DNA from: Armatimonadota bacterium
GTDB lineage: Bacteria > Armatimonadota > Zipacnadia > Zipacnadales > UBA5352
DNA length: 28,552 nt
Reading direction: 5' to 3'
Assembly: GCA_034722055.1 (NCBI GenBank)
Contig: JAYENL010000053.1
Location: forward strand, 1 to 28,552
The notes beneath the pieces were generated by a model, which saw nothing but the letters and a program-made list of their open reading frames with translations, was not told where the DNA came from and searched no databases. Positions 16,393 to 26,595 of the stretch are shown here, piece after piece (positions within the stretch are counted from its first letter, which is position 1; each line of letters starts with the position of its first letter). The translations under genes were made by a program, and so were the position numbers.

Positions 16393-16511
16393 GCTCGTAG
16401 CTTGTCGCTCGTAGCTTGTCGCTCGTAGCTTGTCGCTCGTAGCTTGTCGCTCGTAGCTTGTCGCTCGTAGCTCGGAGCCTGTAGCTTGCAGCTTGCCGCT
16501 TGTGGCCCGCA
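16393..16511. repeat. Tandem repeat: 5 exact copies of the 14-mer gctcgtagcttgtc (16393-16462) continuing as 7 degenerate heptamers
   Basis: Read directly. Ends 1 nt from the stop codon of the FAD oxidoreductase gene. Confidence 0.95.
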
Positions 16512-16512
16512 G

Positions 16513-18279
16513 CTACGCGTACGCCCGCAGCTCGAAGATGCGCGCCTGATCGTCGCCGTTGGTGGCCTCGCAGGTGATACGCACGGCTGAGGCCATCACG
16601 CACTCGAAGTCGTGCACGCGGCGGCGCTGGTAGTTCCCCGACACGTGCGCGACCGGCACCCACCCCTCGTGCCTCTCCACCTCCAGGCGGTAGTCCCGCA
16701 CGCACTCCGGCTGCGGGCCGCGAATGATGCGCTCGTTGAAGGCGTCGCTGTGCGTGAGGGTCAGCGGGCGCTCGAAGCCGGAGTCGAAGGTGATCTGCAC
16801 CTGCGACAGCTCTCGCGGCGCGTCCCAGCGCAGCTCCACATGTTCGGGCAGGTCCCGACCGGGCGCGGAGGTCCACTGGTGCTCATCGCCATGGCGATGC
16901 CGGGTGATGCCCGAGACGATCTTGGTCGGCTCGCGGCCCGCCTCGTGGCTGGAGGCGCTCACAGTTGCCTGGCGGGCGACGTCATCGGGGTCCTCGTTGC
17001 CCAGCTCCGGAATGAAGTGGTCCTCCCGCAGAAGCTGCTGCTGGATGGAGCCGACATCCGCCTCGTCGAGGTCGCCGGGGAGGCACAGGTAGTCGATGCA
17101 CCGTGCTGCCGCCACACCCACCGCCTGACCCATGGCCGCTCCGGTGGCGGCCACGCGCGTGGAGGCCATGGCCATGTGGGTGCAGCTCGCGCAGCGGCCG
17201 GCCATCAGCAGGTTGTGGACGTTGCGGGAGTAGAGGCTGCGCAGCGGGATGGAGTAGACGTCCTCGAACTGCACGTGCCGGGACGGCCTCTCTGGCGAGT
17301 AGATGCCCTTGGGGGGATGGGTGTCGATGCTCCAGCCGCCGTGAGCCACCCGGTCGGGGAAGACGGTCTGCTCCAGAATGTGGTTCTCAGTGAGGATCAT
17401 CGGCCCCATCAGCCGGCGGGACTCTCGCTTCGCGGGCAGCACGCCGAACCAGCGCAGGGCCCAGTTCTCGGCCCCGTGGTCGCCACGGTTCTTGATGTGG
17501 TCCCAGACGCCGAAGAGGCAGGCCAACAGCTCCTGGCGGATGCGGTCCTGGTCCTTGATCATGTCCAGCTCGCCGCCCCACTCGACCCACCAGTGGCCGT
17601 GCCGGATCTCGCCATGACCGCGGAACGGCAGGTCCTCGTCGGACTCGAACTTGCGGGCCCAGCTCGGGGGCGTGAACTGAACCGGGTGGCCCATGTCCTC
17701 GGCGATCCACATCAGCGAGCAGCCCATGGTCTTCTCGTCCGGGCCCTCGGCGTGGGGCTCGTCGAACTCCTCGGGCCCCTCTCGGCCGATGCGGGAGTCC
17801 GCACCGGCCTCCGCGCCGAGGTTGCCGTCCCCGGTGCAGTCCACGAAGATCTCGCCGCAGACGCTCAGCTCCTCCTCCGTCCACGGCCGTGAGCAGGTGA
17901 CCGAGCCGATGCAGCGGTCCGAGGTCATGGCGGCGGAGACGACGGATGCGTTGAGAAAGAGACGCACGTTCTCCTCCCGTCGCACCCACTCCTCGAGGAT
18001 CATGTCCCACATGGAGTTGGAGTGCTGGGGATTCCGGACGGCCTCCTCGAGCCTGATCTCCTCGAGGATACCACCCTCCCGAGCGTGTGGCCGGCCGCCG
18101 GAGCAATCGGCCCCGGTGGCGTGGACGCGAACCTCCGAGGAGGTATTGCCGCCCAGCATGGGGCGATCCTGAATGAGGATGACGTCGGCACCGGAGCGAG
18201 CCGCTGAGATGGCCGCGCACACACCAGCCAGTCCCCCACCCGCGACCACGACTTCGGCCTCGAGACTGCGCCTGGTCAT
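16513..18279 (-). CDS. FAD-dependent oxidoreductase (FAD_oxidored type) with C-terminal discoidin/F5-8-type-C-like domain
   Basis: VVVAGGGLAGVCAAISAAR, QDRPMLGGNTSSE, FVDCTGDG, RESRRL, NLLMAGRC, STRV..TG..MGQAVG. C-terminal beta-sandwich (ATVSASS...ARIFELRAY). Confidence 0.9.
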   Translation of the reverse strand: MTRRSLEAEVVVAGGGLAGVCAAISAARSGADVILIQDRPMLGGNTSSEVRVHATGADCSGGRPHAREGGILEEIRLEEAVRNPQHSNSMWDMILEEWVRREENVRLFLNASVVSAAMTSDRCIGSVTCSRPWTEEELSVCGEIFVDCTGDGNLGAEAGADSRIGREGPEEFDEPHAEGPDEKTMGCSLMWIAEDMGHPVQFTPPSWARKFESDEDLPFRGHGEIRHGHWWVEWGGELDMIKDQDRIRQELLACLFGVWDHIKNRGDHGAENWALRWFGVLPAKRESRRLMGPMILTENHILEQTVFPDRVAHGGWSIDTHPPKGIYSPERPSRHVQFEDVYSIPLRSLYSRNVHNLLMAGRCASCTHMAMASTRVAATGAAMGQAVGVAAARCIDYLCLPGDLDEADVGSIQQQLLREDHFIPELGNEDPDDVARQATVSASSHEAGREPTKIVSGITRHRHGDEHQWTSAPGRDLPEHVELRWDAPRELSQVQITFDSGFERPLTLTHSDAFNERIIRGPQPECVRDYRLEVERHEGWVPVAHVSGNYQRRRVHDFECVMASAVRITCEATNGDDQARIFELRAYA

Positions 18280-18333
18280 GAGAGAGCCCTCCCAGGATGT
18301 GACGTCAGGCCATCGCCTGCCAAGCGATGTTCA

Positions 18334-18361
18334 CTTCGCCGCGCGCGCCGCAGTGACCTCC
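18334..18361 (-). promoter_or_regulatory. Candidate alternative-sigma (SigH-like) promoter
   Basis: Minus strand GGAGGT-N16-GCGAAG, 54 nt before ATG 18279. Confidence 0.55.
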
Positions 18362-18525
18362 GGCCGGCAGTTGTCCTAACATTCGAATTCGGCGAAGCCG
18401 GACACTTTGTGATGACGCGTTGGACACGCGGCGTGGGCGCAACCTCGTCGGCGAGCCGTGCCAGGACATGGCCGGGTGTCATGCCTCGAGGGACGGCATC
18501 GGCGTCAGGCGAGCCCAAACTCGCG

Positions 18526-18552
18526 TGGAGGGCCCGGACCGTGGTCCGGCCC
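18526..18552. repeat. REP-like 22-nt hairpin with foot (inverted copy)
   Basis: tggag-ggcccggaccgtggtccggccc. The reverse complement closely matches 44-70. Confidence 0.8.
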
Positions 18553-18647
18553 GGCGCTGCTGGTTGTCGGCTACGCGGACGGGCAGATGGGACGCGTCAC
18601 GAACAGGTGGAGGTGGCGGGCGGGATCAGCAGGTGAGGTGGGCGGTG

Positions 18648-19670
18648 CTACCGGTGGTGGGCCATGGAGCGGGCGTGGCGATTGAGGAAGTCCGCCTCCA
18701 GGACCTTGCCGGTGCCCATGGCCACGCAGGAGATGGGATCGTCGGCCACCCGGACCGGGATGCCCGTCTCCAGCTCCAGCAGCCGGTCGAAGCCCTGCAG
18801 CAGGGACCCGCCGCCGGTGAGGGAGATCCCGCGCTCGATGATGTCGGAGGACAGCTCGGGCGGTGTGCGCTCGAGGATGCTCTTGACGGCGTCCACAATG
18901 GCGGAAACGCACTCGGAGATGGCGGAGCGGATCTCCACGGAGCTGACGGCGACCGTCTTGGGCAGGCCGGTCACCACGTCCCGGCCGCGCACCTCCAGCT
19001 CCCGCTCCTCCTCGAACTCATAGGCGGAGCCGATCTGGATCTTGATGTTCTCGGCGGTGCGCTCCCCGATGTCGAGGTTGTACACGCGCTTGATGTGGCG
19101 GATGATGGACTCATCGAGGTGGTTGCCGCCCAAGCGCAGGGAGTCGCTGACCACGATGCCGCCCAGGGAGATGACTGCCACGTCCGTGGTGCCGCCACCG
19201 ATGTCCACGACCATGTTCCCGCCGGGGGCCTCGATGGGCAGGCCGGCGCCGATGGCGGCCGCCATGGGCTCCTCGATGGGGATGACCCTGCCGGCACCGG
19301 CCGAGCGGGTGGCGTCGAGCGCGGCGCGGCGCTCCACGCTGGTGGCGGCGGAGGGGACGCAGATGACGGCCATGGGCCGGAAGATCCTCCCCCGCATCCC
19401 CGAGGCCTTGCGGATCAGATACGCCAGCATCTCGCGGGTGACGGAGTAGTCAGCAATGACGCCGTCGCGCAGGGGGCGCTTGGCGACGATGCTGCCGGGC
19501 GTGCGGCCCAGCATGGCCTGCGCCTCCTCGCCCACGGAGAGCACGCGGCCGTCGGGCCCGTCGGTGGCGACCACCGAGGGCTCGCGCACCACGATGCCCC
19601 GCCCCTGGGCATAGACGACGATGGTGGCCGTGCCCAGGTCGATGCCCAGCTTGTCGGCCAGCCTAAGCAT
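18648..19670 (-). CDS. mreB: Rod shape-determining actin homologue MreB/Mbl
   Basis: GIDLGT, EPSVVA, RPLRDGVIAD, IEEPMAAAIGAG, VDIGGGTTDVAVISLGG, TPPELSSDI, LTGGG. No mreCD downstream, so Mbl-like by context. Confidence 0.95.
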   Translation of the reverse strand: MLRLADKLGIDLGTATIVVYAQGRGIVVREPSVVATDGPDGRVLSVGEEAQAMLGRTPGSIVAKRPLRDGVIADYSVTREMLAYLIRKASGMRGRIFRPMAVICVPSAATSVERRAALDATRSAGAGRVIPIEEPMAAAIGAGLPIEAPGGNMVVDIGGGTTDVAVISLGGIVVSDSLRLGGNHLDESIIRHIKRVYNLDIGERTAENIKIQIGSAYEFEEERELEVRGRDVVTGLPKTVAVSSVEIRSAISECVSAIVDAVKSILERTPPELSSDIIERGISLTGGGSLLQGFDRLLELETGIPVRVADDPISCVAMGTGKVLEADFLNRHARSMAHHR

Positions 19671-20955
19671 TCGGCATCAGAGCCTCGCGTTCGGGCTCGG
19701 AGTTCTCCTCAATTCGGGCGCCAAGAAGGCTCAGCTTTCCGGTGATGTCCTCATAGCCGCGGTCCACCAGTGCCCCGCCGCTGATCTCCGTCTCGCCCTC
19801 GGCACACAGCCCGGCCAGGATCAGCGCGGCGCCGGCGCGGATGTCGGTGGCCTCCACTGGAGCGCCGAAGAGCTGAGGGACGCCCTTGAAGATGGCCGCG
19901 CCCTCCATCACGCGTACGTCCGCGCCCATGCGCAGCAGCTCGTCCACGTAGTTGAAGCGGGCGTCGAAGATGGTCTCCTCTATCACCGACGCGCCCTGCG
20001 CGATGCTCATCAGCACGCCGGTATTCGGCTGCAGGTCCGTGGGGTAGCCGGGGTAGGGTGCGGTCATGACGTCAACTGGCGTGGGACGGCCGTCCATGCG
20101 GATAGTGACGGAACGCTCGTTCACCACCACCTCGCAGCCGGCCTGCTCCAACACCTCCAGCACGATGCCCAGGTGCTCGGGCTCCACCGGCTGGACGGTC
20201 ACCTCGCCCCCGGTGAGGGCCCCGGCGATGAGGAAGGTCCCGGCCTCCATGCGGTCGGAGATGGCGGTCCACTCCGTGCCGCTGAGGCGCTCCACGCCCG
20301 TGATTCGCAGGGTGGTTGTGCCCATCCCCTCGATCTGCGCCCCGCAGGCTGACAGGAAGCGCTGGCAGTTGACGACCTCGGGCTCACGGGAGGCGTTCTC
20401 GATGACCGTCGTGCCCTCCGCCAGCGAGGCGGCCATCATCAGGTTGACGGTGGCGCCCACGCTGCGCAGCCTGGGGTCCATGTAGATGCGAGCGTCCCTG
20501 AGGCGATCAGCGCGCCCGTGCATGACGCCGGCCTCCACATCGACCTCAGCGCCGAGGGCCTTGAAGCCCCGGATGTGAAAGTCCACGGGGCGGGTGCCGA
20601 TGACGCAGCCGCCGGGCAGCGGCACGCGGGCCTCCCCGAATCGCGCCAGCAGGGGCCCCGCGACGTAGAACGAGCCGCGCATGCGGCGCACAAGCTCATA
20701 CGGCGCCGAGACCGAGGAGAGCGAGGAGCTGTCGATGACCAGTCCCCCATCGTCCCGGAACCGCACCGTCGCCCCCAGCGCCCGGAGCATCTCAATCATG
20801 GTGCGGATATCGCGGATGGAGGGGATGTTGTGCAGCACGACCTCGCCGTCGCACAGCAGGGCCGCAGCCAGCAGCGGCAGCGAGCCGTTCTTGGAGCCGC
20901 TGACGGCCACGGTGCCCGCGAGGGGCGTGCCGCCGGCAATTCGAATGACTGACAT
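19663..20955 (-). CDS. murA: UDP-N-acetylglucosamine 1-carboxyvinyltransferase
   Basis: SGSKN, LPGGCVIGTRP (active-site Cys retained), SVGAT, DRMEAGT, PYPGYPTDLQ, DIRAG, DRGYE. Overlaps the mreB start by 8 nt. Confidence 0.97.
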   Translation of the reverse strand: MSVIRIAGGTPLAGTVAVSGSKNGSLPLLAAALLCDGEVVLHNIPSIRDIRTMIEMLRALGATVRFRDDGGLVIDSSSLSSVSAPYELVRRMRGSFYVAGPLLARFGEARVPLPGGCVIGTRPVDFHIRGFKALGAEVDVEAGVMHGRADRLRDARIYMDPRLRSVGATVNLMMAASLAEGTTVIENASREPEVVNCQRFLSACGAQIEGMGTTTLRITGVERLSGTEWTAISDRMEAGTFLIAGALTGGEVTVQPVEPEHLGIVLEVLEQAGCEVVVNERSVTIRMDGRPTPVDVMTAPYPGYPTDLQPNTGVLMSIAQGASVIEETIFDARFNYVDELLRMGADVRVMEGAAIFKGVPQLFGAPVEATDIRAGAALILAGLCAEGETEISGGALVDRGYEDITGKLSLLGARIEENSEPEREALMPNA

Positions 20956-21122
20956 GCAGGTACCGCCTCCCGGAGGCGCTCTTTGCGCATCTCCCCACGC
21001 TCACAACGCCTCCCACCGCACCCACCGGCTGCTTGCGCTCTCCCTGTCGGCACGCAGGCAGTCCACTCGTCTCGCCCAAGTCACACCTTCAAGGCGGGGA
21101 CGCGCCGCAAGCCGCATTGAGG

Positions 21123-21151
21123 ACGATACAGGTACTTGGGGCCGACGTCAA
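21123..21151 (-). promoter_or_regulatory. Sigma70-type promoter for murA-mreB
   Basis: TTGACG-N17-TATCGT on the minus strand just after the atpC stop. Confidence 0.65.
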
Positions 21152-21164
21152 GAAATACTGCGCC

Positions 21165-21581
21165 TTACCCCCGGGCGTGGGCTGCGACCCTCAGACGGTT
21201 GCGGGCCCGCGAGAGGGCCAGCTCGGCGCGGGCAACGTCGATGTCCCCCCGCCGCGCCTCCCGCAGCCGGGTCTGGGCGCGTTCAAGGGCCCTGCGGGCG
21301 CGTTCGACGTCGATCTCCGCGGCCTCCTCCGCGGCCTCCACCAGCGCCACCACCCCGTCCCGCCTGACCCACAGCACCCCGCCGACCGTCGCGAAGTGGC
21401 GCCTGTCGCCACCGGGCTCGGTTATCACGATGGGGCCGATCCCGAGCCGCGTGAGCATGGGGGCATGGCGGGCCATCACGCCCACGAGGCCGTCGGTCGC
21501 CCTCGCCCTCACGTAGACCGCCGTGGCGTCCGCGACCTCGCCCATGGGTGTGAGAATGCGCACGTTGAAGGCCTCAGGCAT
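21165..21581 (-). CDS. atpC: F1 ATP synthase epsilon subunit
   Basis: ILTP, GVMARHAPMLTRL, GG, IDVERARRALERA...ARNRL; position after atpD. Confidence 0.95.
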   Translation of the reverse strand: MPEAFNVRILTPMGEVADATAVYVRARATDGLVGVMARHAPMLTRLGIGPIVITEPGGDRRHFATVGGVLWVRRDGVVALVEAAEEAAEIDVERARRALERAQTRLREARRGDIDVARAELALSRARNRLRVAAHARG

Positions 21582-21585
21582 GCCG

Positions 21586-23025
<1,440 letters not shown>

Positions 23026-23886
23026 TCATCGCTGGCGCTCGAGGGCCACGGCGCCGCCGACCACGTCCAACAGCTCCCGGGTGATCTCGCTCTGCCGGGC
23101 CCGGTTGATGTCGCGGGTCAGGTCCTCGAGCATCTCCTCGGCATTGTCAGTCGCGGCCGTCATGGCCATCAGCCGGGCGCTGTGCTCCGACGCCGCGCTC
23201 GAGAGCAGCGCCTCAAAGACGTGGGCGGTCATATACTGTGGCACGAGCTGCTCCACAAGCTCCTCCAGGTCGGGCTCAAACAGATGCATCTGTGGGTCGG
23301 GCCTCGCCTCCGGCATCTGCACCGGCAGCAGCCGCACAATCTGCGGCTCATTGCTGATCCTGGACAGGAAGCAGGCGTAGCAGATGACCACCCGATCCAC
23401 CTCGCCGGCGTGGTAGGCACCGGTCAGGTAGTGCACGATCTCCTCGACGTCCGCGCCACGCTCCCGCTGCTCGATGGCGGGAAACTCGCGGACCACGTTC
23501 AGGCGAGCCCGCCGCGCCATATCCGCCGTGCGGGTGCCGATCGTGAAGGTGCGCACCCGCACGCTGCTCTCACGCACGAACTGCCGCGCCTCACGGACCA
23601 GGTTGGCATTGAAGGCCCCACAGAGGCCCTTGTCCCCGGCCGCCAGCAGCAGCCCGACCCGCTCGACCTCCCGCTCGACCAGCCAGGGATGGGACGGCTC
23701 CTGCACCCGGCCGGCGACCAGCGCCAGGGCGCTCTTCACCTCATCGAAGTAGGTCTGGATGGCCTGGCGGGCGCTCGTGGCGCGTTTGAGCTTCGCCGCC
23801 GAGACCAGCTTCATGGCGCGGGTGATCTGCCGGATCTCGCCGACGATCTCGCGCTTCCTGCGAAGGGTGCGGAGATTCTCGGGCAC
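23026..23886 (-). CDS. atpG: F1 ATP synthase gamma subunit
   Basis: QITRAMKLVSAAK, DKGLCGAFN, SEHSARLMAMTAATDNA, NRARQSEITRELLDVVGGA. Confidence 0.98.
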   Translation of the reverse strand: MPENLRTLRRKREIVGEIRQITRAMKLVSAAKLKRATSARQAIQTYFDEVKSALALVAGRVQEPSHPWLVEREVERVGLLLAAGDKGLCGAFNANLVREARQFVRESSVRVRTFTIGTRTADMARRARLNVVREFPAIEQRERGADVEEIVHYLTGAYHAGEVDRVVICYACFLSRISNEPQIVRLLPVQMPEARPDPQMHLFEPDLEELVEQLVPQYMTAHVFEALLSSAASEHSARLMAMTAATDNAEEMLEDLTRDINRARQSEITRELLDVVGGAVALERQR

Positions 23887-23891
23887 GGTAT

Positions 23892-25454
23892 CTACGGTGT
23901 CTCCTCAGCCGTCGCAGCGGCGGCCTGATCTTGCTCCTCGGGATGCTGCAGACGCCACTTGCGCTTGAAGCCCTCGATCAGGTCGGCCAGCCGCTTTTCG
24001 TCCTCGTCCGACAGCTCCCGTGTGCGCTGCAGGCGCTCGATGAGCTCCGGCGCCTCATCGTGCACGTAGTCGATCAGCAGCGGCTCGATCTCGGTCACCT
24101 CGGCGACGGGCACGTCGAGCAGATGGCCGCGGCTGCCGGCGAAGAGGACGATGACCTGATCGACCTCCGGCATCGGCGACAGCGGCGGCTGCTTGAGCAC
24201 CTCTACCATCCGCTGGCCCTGTGCCAGGATCCTGCGCGTCTCCTCATCGAGATCGGCGCCGAACTGCGCAAAGGCCTCGTACTCCCGGTAGTTCGCCAGG
24301 TCGAGCTTGAGCCGGGAGCCGACCTGCTTCATCATCTCGCTCTGGGCGTCCGAGCCCACCCGGGAGACGCTCATGCCGATGTTGATGGCCGGCCGCTGGC
24401 CCTCGTGGAAGAGACGGGGCTCGAGGTAGATCTGCCCGTCGGTGATGGAGACCACGTTGGTGGGGATATAGGCGGAGAAGTCGCCCTCCTGGGTCTCCAC
24501 GATGGGCAGCGCTGTCAGGGAGCCGCCGCCGAACTCATCGGAGAGCTTGGCGGCGCGCTCCAGCAGGCGGGAGTGGAGGTTGAAGATGTCGCCGGGGTAG
24601 GCCTCCCGACCGGGCGGGCGGCGCAGCAGCAGGGACATCTGGCGGTAGGCCTTCGCGTGCTTGGAGAGGTCATCATAGACGACAAGGGCATGGCCGCCCT
24701 TGTCGCGGACCCACTCGCCGATGGCGCACCCGGCGTAGGGGGCGGCGTAGAGCCGGGCCGGCGGATCGGCGGCCGTGGCTCCCACCACGCAGGTGTACTC
24801 CAGGGCGCCCTGCTGCTCGAGTGTCGCGGCCACGCGCCGAAGCGTGGAGAGCTTCTGGCCGATGGCCACGTAGATGCACTTCACGTCGCTGTCGCGCTGG
24901 TTGACGATGGTGTCGAGGGCGATCTGGGTCTTCCCCGTCTGCCGGTCGCCGATGATGAGCTCGCGCTGGCCGCGTCCGATGGGGATGGCGGAGTCCAGGG
25001 CCTTGATCCCGGTGCGCAGGGGCTCATGGACGGGTTGGCGGGTGATCACGCCGGGCGCGATAACCTCGATGGCCCGCGTCTCGTCGGCCGGCACGGGGCC
25101 TCGCTCGTCCAGCGGCTCGCCGAGGGGGTTAACGACCCGGCCGAAGAGGGCCTCGCCCACCTTCGTCTCGGCGATGCGGCCCGTGGAGTGAACCTCGTCG
25201 CCCTCGCTGATGTGCTCATCCGAGCCCAGCAGCACGCAGCCGACGGTGTCCTCCTCGAGGTTCAGCGCGATCCCCAGCACGCCCCCGCCGAAGTCAATCA
25301 GCTCCGACGCCATGGCCTCCGAGAGGCCGTAGACCTGGGCGATGCCGTCCCCCACCTGCAGCACGATGCCCGTGCTGGTCAGCTCCAGCTCATCCTTGTA
25401 CTCGGCCAGCCGGTCGCGGAGGACCGACCGGACCTCCTCGGGTCGCACCGACAC
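23892..25454 (-). CDS. atpA: F1 ATP synthase alpha subunit
   Basis: [56 protein letters not shown]. Confidence 0.98.
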   Translation of the reverse strand: MSVRPEEVRSVLRDRLAEYKDELELTSTGIVLQVGDGIAQVYGLSEAMASELIDFGGGVLGIALNLEEDTVGCVLLGSDEHISEGDEVHSTGRIAETKVGEALFGRVVNPLGEPLDERGPVPADETRAIEVIAPGVITRQPVHEPLRTGIKALDSAIPIGRGQRELIIGDRQTGKTQIALDTIVNQRDSDVKCIYVAIGQKLSTLRRVAATLEQQGALEYTCVVGATAADPPARLYAAPYAGCAIGEWVRDKGGHALVVYDDLSKHAKAYRQMSLLLRRPPGREAYPGDIFNLHSRLLERAAKLSDEFGGGSLTALPIVETQEGDFSAYIPTNVVSITDGQIYLEPRLFHEGQRPAINIGMSVSRVGSDAQSEMMKQVGSRLKLDLANYREYEAFAQFGADLDEETRRILAQGQRMVEVLKQPPLSPMPEVDQVIVLFAGSRGHLLDVPVAEVTEIEPLLIDYVHDEAPELIERLQRTRELSDEDEKRLADLIEGFKRKWRLQHPEEQDQAAAATAEETP

Positions 25455-25486
25455 CTCACGTCACTCCCTCAAGCGCGGGCACGCCA

Positions 25487-26023
25487 CTACTCGACCATTC
25501 GGCTGTGGATGCGGTCCAGCCGACCTCGCAGGCTGGCGTCCAGGATCCGATCGCCAACGCGGACCACGATGCCGCCGAGCGTCTCCGGATCGATCCGCTC
25601 GTCCACCACCACGTCCTGGCCCAACCAGCCGGAGAGCGCGCCTGCCAGCCGCTCGGCCTGGCCGTCAGCCAGAGGCATAGGGGTGGTGACGAAGGCTCGG
25701 AGGACGCCGTCGGCCTCGTCCACCAGCTCCTGGTAGACCTCGTCGGCGATCTCAAGCACCTCGATGCGATCGTTGTCAACCAGCAGCTCGATGAGCCGGC
25801 GCAGCGGCCCCACCGGCTCCTCGCCCATCAGCTCGGACAGCGCCCTCACCTTGCGCTGCGTCTGCATGGTGGGGTGGGCAAGCAGGCGGCGGAGGTCCGG
25901 CGTGGAGTCCACCAGCGCCCGCATGATCTCAAGCTGCTGCCCAAGCTCATCGCGCACGCCGGCCCTCTGTGCGGCCTCCATGGCGGCCGACAGGTAGCGC
26001 CGCGCCACGGAGCGGCCGATCAT
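25487..26023 (-). CDS. atpH: F1 ATP synthase delta subunit
   Basis: VARRY, LVDNDR, IDPETLGGIVVRVGDRILDASLRGRL. Confidence 0.95.
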   Translation of the reverse strand: MIGRSVARRYLSAAMEAAQRAGVRDELGQQLEIMRALVDSTPDLRRLLAHPTMQTQRKVRALSELMGEEPVGPLRRLIELLVDNDRIEVLEIADEVYQELVDEADGVLRAFVTTPMPLADGQAERLAGALSGWLGQDVVVDERIDPETLGGIVVRVGDRILDASLRGRLDRIHSRMVE

Positions 26024-26553
26024 CAGCCATCGCCCTCCGACTGTCGGGAGAGCCGGTCGATGTCGGCGATGAAGGCGTCCACCAGGGCCCTCTGGCGCTC
26101 CTCATCCAGGGCCTGGCGCAGGGCGCGCTCGGAGAGCTCCACAGCAATGTCGGCGGTCTCCTGGCGGAGCTGCTGGCGGGCCTGCTCGGCGGCATGCTCC
26201 ACGGCCTCCTCCCCCTCCTCCACGATGCGCCGCCTCTCCTCCTCAGCGCGGTCCAGCAGCTCGGCGCGGCGCTTCTCGCCCTCGCTCTCCGCCTCCGAGA
26301 TGATCTCATCGGCGCGCTCATCGAGCCTGTCAAGCTCGCGCTCTATGGCGCGCTTGTCGGCCAGGGCCAGCTCCTTGTTACGCTCGGCCTCCTCCAGGTC
26401 GGCCTCGATCCCGCGCTGGCGCTCCGCCAGGATCTCGCCGACCGGGCCGAAAGCGAACTTCTTGAGCAGGAGCACCAGCAGCACAAAGCCGGCCATGTTG
26501 ACCCACATGACGCCGGGCTTGATGCCGAGTGAGTGGAAGAGCTCCTCAATCAT
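26023..26553 (-). CDS. atpF: Fo ATP synthase subunit b
   Basis: Single TM helix (FVLLVLLLKKFAFGP), then ILAERQRGI and a long charged coiled coil. Confidence 0.95.
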   Translation of the reverse strand: MIEELFHSLGIKPGVMWVNMAGFVLLVLLLKKFAFGPVGEILAERQRGIEADLEEAERNKELALADKRAIERELDRLDERADEIISEAESEGEKRRAELLDRAEEERRRIVEEGEEAVEHAAEQARQQLRQETADIAVELSERALRQALDEERQRALVDAFIADIDRLSRQSEGDG

Positions 26554-26595
26554 CCAGCAGTCCGTCTCCCTGGTGGTGATGCGCTGTGTTGGATG

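Noticed and set aside
16393..16472. 14-bp repeat array as a CRISPR array
   Set aside because: Units are contiguous with no spacers and too short; no cas genes in the window.
18410..18600. tgacgcgt...acgcgtca long-range inverted repeat or ncRNA downstream of mreB
   Set aside because: Only about 8-9 bp of complementarity in GC-rich DNA and no recognisable RNA family; not distinguishable from chance.
19663..20955. Fosfomycin-resistant MurA variant
   Set aside because: The active-site Cys (PGGC) is retained rather than replaced by Asp.
23931..25736. Long antisense or alternative-frame ORFs (e.g. 23931-25736 +, 7849-9444 -, 12057-13709 -, 18420-19745 +, 919-2175 -)
   Set aside because: They are shadows of well-supported genes, expected from high GC3 codon bias, and show no independent motifs or RBS.
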